The notes beneath the pieces are model-generated. The model was not told the origin of the DNA and ran no database searches. It saw nothing but the letters and a program-made list of their open reading frames with translations. A stretch of 64,000 nucleotides of DNA, taken from positions 9,034 to 73,033 of the forward strand of contig NZ_CAXPLV010000012.1 of assembly GCF_964218185.1 (NCBI RefSeq). Direction: 5' to 3'. Of the stretch, positions 60,001-64,000 are shown piece after piece. The position numbers were made by a program, and so were the translations under genes. This stretch comes from Ekhidna sp. (GTDB lineage Bacteria > Bacteroidota > Bacteroidia > Cytophagales > Cyclobacteriaceae). Each line of letters opens with the position of its first letter. The stretch's first letter is position 1.

Positions 60001-63000
60001 GGCAACAGCGTTTGTTTTGGATTATCCAATTTCAGTTGGAATAGATACTGATTTTGATTTAACAGTGACTGCAGAAGATGAAAATGGGAATCTTGACAAT
60101 GTATTTAGATCAGTCTCACTCACAAAAGAGACAGGACCCGGTAATTTGTCATCAGTTAATTTCTTAACTGATCAGGCGATGATTGGTGGTTCGATCACAT
60201 TTCAAGATCTACAACTTGATGCCGCTGGGGACTACACACTCACCGCTGCTGAAAGTGGTGGGTTAGCAGCAACAACAGAAACGATATCTGCCTCATCAGT
60301 AATTACAAATGTTGAGGATTTTTCAAATTTCCCAGAAACATCCTCAAGCTACAACACAGGAACATTTACTGGAAATGATGGTTCTACATGGAGTTACGTC
60401 AAAACTAGTGGTAATAGTGGAGAGCAAATTAATGCTCCCAGTCCTATCCTGGGAAGAAATCAATCTCCGGCTGCAGAAGTAACCTCAGGTACAATATCAG
60501 GAGGTATTGGTGTTTTAAGTTTTGATTACCAGCAAGCCTTCAGTACTAATGTAAACCTTGAAGTATATGTTAATGATGAGCTAATAACTACAGTCACAAC
60601 CAGTAGTGAGCAGGATGTATTGAAAAATTCAGGTGATGTTGCAGTAGATATTTCAGGTGATTTTGTTCTGTCTTTCAGACAGCCGTCTGGTGCAGGTCAA
60701 GTGACTATTGATAATATTACTTGGACTACATATTCTGGAACTTCACCCAGTATAGTTGTGGATCAATCTAGCTTTGACGGAGTATTTGGAAGTGTTATTG
60801 AAAATGAGACCAGTGAATCAAGGTCTTATTTTGTCTCAGGTTCCAACTTAACAGAGAACATTACTATAGCAGCCCCGTCAGGATTCTCAGTTTCAACTGA
60901 TAACTCTACATTTACCCCAGGTGTAACATTAACTCAAGAGGATGGTACGGTATCAAGTACTGAGGTGTTCGTAAGATTTGAACCAACTTCGGTGCAGAGT
61001 TACTCAGGAACTATCACTCATACCTCAGCAGGGGCCAATCAGAGAACTGTGGAAGTCTCAGGATCTGGAATCTCTGCGAACGTCATTTTTGTTGAGGATT
61101 TTGCATCATGTCCGTCAGGTCAGATGACCACATTCAGTGTGGCAAGTAACCAAGATTGGGGTTGTACATCTAATGGAAATTCTAATAATGCAATGGAAGC
61201 GAATGGTTTTGGAGGAGATGTGGCGAGTGACGATTGGTTGATAACACCAGCAATTGATCTTTCCGAGGTTAGCAATGCTGTTTTAAGCTTCTATTCCTGG
61301 ACTCAATTCTCGGATGCGATTCATCCACCATTGACAGTGAAGGCTTCAACAGATTATTCAGGTTCAGGTGACCCAACTGTGGCAAATTGGACTGACCTAT
61401 CTGCGATTTTGGCAGCACAGAACTCAACGACATGGACAGCTTCAGGTGATGTTGATTTAACTCCATACATAGGTGGAAACGTGTATATCGCTTTCAGATA
61501 TACAACCACAGGAACTTCTGGCAGCACAACGTCAGCCTGGAGAATTGATGATGTCATCGTCGAAGAGGGTGTTGCAGTAGCTACTCCATTCATAACTCTT
61601 GTAGATGATGGATTTAATGGTGCTTTTGGATTTGTTGAATTTGGAAATCAGTCAGAAGTTTCTTCGTATACAATTACTGCGACGGACCTTTCAGAAGACC
61701 TTATCGTTACTCCGCCAACAGGTTTTGAGCTTTCTGCGACAGCTGCTTTTGATGGTACAGTTTATACAAATTCAAGTGCTTGGGTAATAACACCGATTGA
61801 TGGTGATGTAAATCAGGAAGTTTTTGTTCGTTTCAACCCAGCCGTAGCGGATGGGGCTGTTTATGGTGGTGATATTAATCATGAAAGTACAGGTGCTGAT
61901 TCTAAAACCATTCCAGTAAGTGGTCAAGAGGGTGTTTTGTTGCCTGATTTATTTTTCTCAGAGTATTTGGAAGGTTCAGTAGGAACAAATAAGGCATTGG
62001 AAATTTACAATGGTTCAGGTGAAGTGGCCGACTTAACCAAGTATCAAATTCAAAGAATTACGAATGGGGGAAGCGGGTCAACCGCAACTTTTGAAATGTC
62101 TACAATTTCTGCTACTATGGATGCGGGAGCAGTAATTGTAATAGCCAATTCTACTGTTCAGGAAGTGTTAGATGCAGCGGATTTGGAAGATTCCTTCATC
62201 AATCATAATGGCGATGATGTTTATACACTTTTGAAGGACGGAATTATCATTGATATTATAGGAGAAAACTCTGGTGTTGATCCGGGTGATGGATGGGAAG
62301 TAGCCGGAGTAGCCGATGGTACAAAGGATCATGTTCTTGTGAGAAAACCATCTGTTTCTCAAGGAAATCCTGTTGCTCTTGCCTCCTTTGGAACAAGTGA
62401 GGAGGATTCAGAGTGGATCGTTTTATCTGATTCAGAGACATCTGGGCTTGGAAGTCATGGTACGGAGCAAGAAGGAGATCCAATCATCACAGTGACTTCT
62501 TCCATTAGCACCAATTTTGGTGTTGTTCAAGCTGGATCGACTGTTGAACAAGCTTATTCGGTTTCAGCAGTTGATTTACTTGGAGATCTAACGATTACTG
62601 CACCTTCAGGATTCTTAGTTTCAACCGATGGGTCCACTTTTACTGCCTCCGTGGACCTTTCACCGACGGATGGTACAGTGGAATCAACGACCATTACGGT
62701 TCAGTTTGCTCCAGATGCTGAAGGTGAGTTCACTGGTAGCATTTCTCACGAAAGTACCGATGCACTGACAAAGACGCTTGCGGTATCCGGTACTGCGGTA
62801 GGTGATGATGTGATTTACTTTGAGAACTTTTCAAGTTGCGATGCACTAAATACAATGACTTCCCAGTCGATTAGTGGTGATGAAGTGTGGGAATGTACTC
62901 CTAATGGAGAAACAGGTGGTGGAGCTCGTATGAATGGATATAGTGGAGGAGCTCAGGATAACTTAGACTGGTTAATCACTCAAGGAATTGATCTTTCAGC

Positions 63001-63892
63001 TGTTGATGCGGCGAATTTGAGTTTTGATAGCGACGTTCGGTATGATGGTCCTGCTTTAGAGGTTTATGTTTCAAGTGATTACACCAATGATGCAGATGCT
63101 GCTACCTGGACTAAGTTAACCGTGGTTTTGGATGAAGATTCTGATAACTTTGATACCTGGACTTCTTCAGGAGATATTGATCTATCTGACTATACAGGTT
63201 CAACCATCTATATCGGGTTCCTATATACATCCAGTACAGTTGATGGAGCCGCTACTTGGTCTATTGACAATGTCAAGGTTACAGAAACTCAGCCATTCCT
63301 ATCAACAGATGTTGCTAGCCTTGGTGATTTCAACCAGGTAGATGTAGGATCAGTCTCAGCTAACAAATCATTCACTGTGGAAGGTTTTGGACTCACTGCT
63401 GATGTGATCATCACGCCTCCTGCTCAGTTTGAGGTTTCTACTACCAGCAACTTTGCTGCTAAAGGAACAAGTACTTCTGCACTTACTATTTCACCAACAG
63501 ATGGTGCAGTAGATCAGCAGGTGTTTGTACGATTTGCCCCAACAGCAGCAGGTAGCTTCAGTGGAAACGTAACTGTGGAGTCTACTGGTTTTGATGACAT
63601 TACATTGAGCGTTTCCGGTGCGGGCGTTGATGATGAGGAGCCTGCTCTTGGCTTGGATGATGAGTTAGATTTTGTGATCTATCCAAACCCGGTTAAGAAT
63701 GTTTTTGAAATCAATAATCATTCAGGTAAATCTATTTCAGTGGAAGTGTTTGCCCTCGACGGTGCTAAAATGTCCGTGAAGAAAACAGGCAATACCTATG
63801 ATATCTCTTCTTTGAATAGTGGTGTGTATGTGATCGTGATCACTGATGAAAACAGTGCAGAGCTCGCGAAGCGCCAGATCATCAAAGAATAG
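57017..63892 (+). CDS. 2291-aa multidomain T9SS type A protein (lamin-tail, FN3-like, SwmB-like, OB-fold-like, choice-of-anchor J-like, ASH/Ig-like domains)
   Basis: Signal peptide ending ASGQ; WINEFHYD and FFSEYLEG..KALEIYN lamin-tail motifs; repeated modules; IYPNPV..SGVYVIVI..IIKE CTD. Confidence 0.88.
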   Translation: MKHLYRIGLLFFGLFALTNFASGQNAWINEFHYDDASGDQNEMVEIVIENASSYTLSDFVVTKYNGSGGASYGSDDVSTFIVGDVYGDFTLYYIIYPTNGLQNGAPEGLDLSYQGTSLQFLSYEGTLTAVGGPADGLTSIDVGVSESGSVEGSSLQLAGSGTLYSNFTWQDEATATPGIANNDQTIGADETAPSFTSGPTAVNITGNGFQVTAQSDEDATLYYVIDDSGTPTAQEIKDGQLSGGATATYAGSLAVLEAEEGTVTISGLASATAYDIHFTMEDAAGNLTAVSTLTDVTTAAADAAAPVYQNSTPSASSITDVSFDLTVQFDEIGTAYYVVVADGSTPAPSSAQVMAGTDGSDAAAIASGTIDVTSASMDFSSSISGLSVATAYDVYVVSVDDETTPNVQATPSMIDVSTTTDTTPPTVESAATSVSDVSYDVNLTMSENVTATDESGFTININGNPATISDFGVVDNSIGFLLNEPIYAGDVITVDYDDTQGDVADLAANALASFTDQAVINNATTVLVDDIATLRTGATDGTVYQLGGSAIVHSKQSFRNQKWIQDGTAAILINDNPNGNFGAGYITTDYQIGDEIPGGLTGTLDLSNGQLKFEPIDGYDPGTALSTGNEVAPQVMALSTYNANYQDLESQLITVEAVTFSDAGTGFSNGVNYDIVDGGTTGAFRTEVFAFSGNDIPYGRVDITSPAGRYNTTPQLLGQSITDIVDNYAPQFTVAPAIVNVYTDGADITFQADEPGTVYYVVQLSGTAAPTVGDIFVTGTTSGYTAVGTETGFTIFDLADGQSYDLYIAAEDDETSPNQQSAYVLLELTIPEITNDENTDITALASPIAQTDISSLADTDLEAVDVFGFTLTDEGTDGVSTFVDGIVITAGTNNTADWSTTIAGAVLSDGTTDITLTVDAGSMYADLSSAPYELANNTAQEFTLSIWLNTSVTDGDVLEFEIGTSHLFSATIDGSLFLNPIASAVTSAQHTVDVEATAFVLDYPISVGIDTDFDLTVTAEDENGNLDNVFRSVSLTKETGPGNLSSVNFLTDQAMIGGSITFQDLQLDAAGDYTLTAAESGGLAATTETISASSVITNVEDFSNFPETSSSYNTGTFTGNDGSTWSYVKTSGNSGEQINAPSPILGRNQSPAAEVTSGTISGGIGVLSFDYQQAFSTNVNLEVYVNDELITTVTTSSEQDVLKNSGDVAVDISGDFVLSFRQPSGAGQVTIDNITWTTYSGTSPSIVVDQSSFDGVFGSVIENETSESRSYFVSGSNLTENITIAAPSGFSVSTDNSTFTPGVTLTQEDGTVSSTEVFVRFEPTSVQSYSGTITHTSAGANQRTVEVSGSGISANVIFVEDFASCPSGQMTTFSVASNQDWGCTSNGNSNNAMEANGFGGDVASDDWLITPAIDLSEVSNAVLSFYSWTQFSDAIHPPLTVKASTDYSGSGDPTVANWTDLSAILAAQNSTTWTASGDVDLTPYIGGNVYIAFRYTTTGTSGSTTSAWRIDDVIVEEGVAVATPFITLVDDGFNGAFGFVEFGNQSEVSSYTITATDLSEDLIVTPPTGFELSATAAFDGTVYTNSSAWVITPIDGDVNQEVFVRFNPAVADGAVYGGDINHESTGADSKTIPVSGQEGVLLPDLFFSEYLEGSVGTNKALEIYNGSGEVADLTKYQIQRITNGGSGSTATFEMSTISATMDAGAVIVIANSTVQEVLDAADLEDSFINHNGDDVYTLLKDGIIIDIIGENSGVDPGDGWEVAGVADGTKDHVLVRKPSVSQGNPVALASFGTSEEDSEWIVLSDSETSGLGSHGTEQEGDPIITVTSSISTNFGVVQAGSTVEQAYSVSAVDLLGDLTITAPSGFLVSTDGSTFTASVDLSPTDGTVESTTITVQFAPDAEGEFTGSISHESTDALTKTLAVSGTAVGDDVIYFENFSSCDALNTMTSQSISGDEVWECTPNGETGGGARMNGYSGGAQDNLDWLITQGIDLSAVDAANLSFDSDVRYDGPALEVYVSSDYTNDADAATWTKLTVVLDEDSDNFDTWTSSGDIDLSDYTGSTIYIGFLYTSSTVDGAATWSIDNVKVTETQPFLSTDVASLGDFNQVDVGSVSANKSFTVEGFGLTADVIITPPAQFEVSTTSNFAAKGTSTSALTISPTDGAVDQQVFVRFAPTAAGSFSGNVTVESTGFDDITLSVSGAGVDDEEPALGLDDELDFVIYPNPVKNVFEINNHSGKSISVEVFALDGAKMSVKKTGNTYDISSLNSGVYVIVITDENSAELAKRQIIKE

Positions 63893-63930
63893 TAAGACAA
63901 CTAAGGAAGCAAGAGCTTAGGCTTTTGCGG

Positions 63931-63958
63931 AGGGCGGCACAAGGTGTCGCCCTTTTTT
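63931..63958 (+). terminator. Intrinsic terminator after the giant T9SS gene
   Basis: agggcggcac-aag-gtgtcgccct followed by TTTTT. Confidence 0.85.
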
Positions 63959-64000
63959 ATTTTCTAAGGGTTTTTCCAATTAGCTCCCATAGATCTTCAT

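Noticed and set aside
57017-63892. DNA-level internal similarity as evidence of a phase-variable or shufflon system
   Set aside because: The similarity is confined to diverged in-frame domain repeats, with no invertible repeats or recombinase nearby.
1-64000. tRNA, rRNA, prophage or IS elements
   Set aside because: No cloverleaf-like or rRNA-like sequence was seen in the intergenic spacers, and no transposase, integrase or phage structural motifs were recognised in any ORF.

Overview
Chromosomal window from a Bacteroidota, most likely a free-living Cytophagales-type organism. The assignment rests on T9SS C-terminal sorting domains, a PorP/SprF gene, TAnnTTTG -7 promoter boxes and the absence of Shine-Dalgarno motifs. 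About 40 genes are present. They include housekeeping genes (typA, metG, priA, hppD), transporters (MscS, MATE, APC, SSS, MacAB-TolC-like, ABC permease), peptidases (M3, M61), four T9SS cargo proteins, a RelE/ParE-type toxin-antitoxin pair and several REP-like palindromes. I found no rRNA, tRNA, CRISPR array, integrase or transposase. Four observations stand out. (1) A solitary CdnE-like cGAS/DncV nucleotidyltransferase (5169-6167) has an altered active site and no CBASS effector beside it. (2) A putative extracellular DNA/RNA utilisation locus (49574-63892) has two exported DNase I-like nucleases divergent from a SusD-less TonB receptor, a repeat lipoprotein and a 2291-aa apparently non-catalytic T9SS scaffold. 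(3) A Tat-exported D-amino-acid-oxidase homologue has a circularly permuted motif order. (4) A structured leader with a short uORF lies upstream of the MATE exporter. All family assignments come from motif recognition by eye; no database searches were run.
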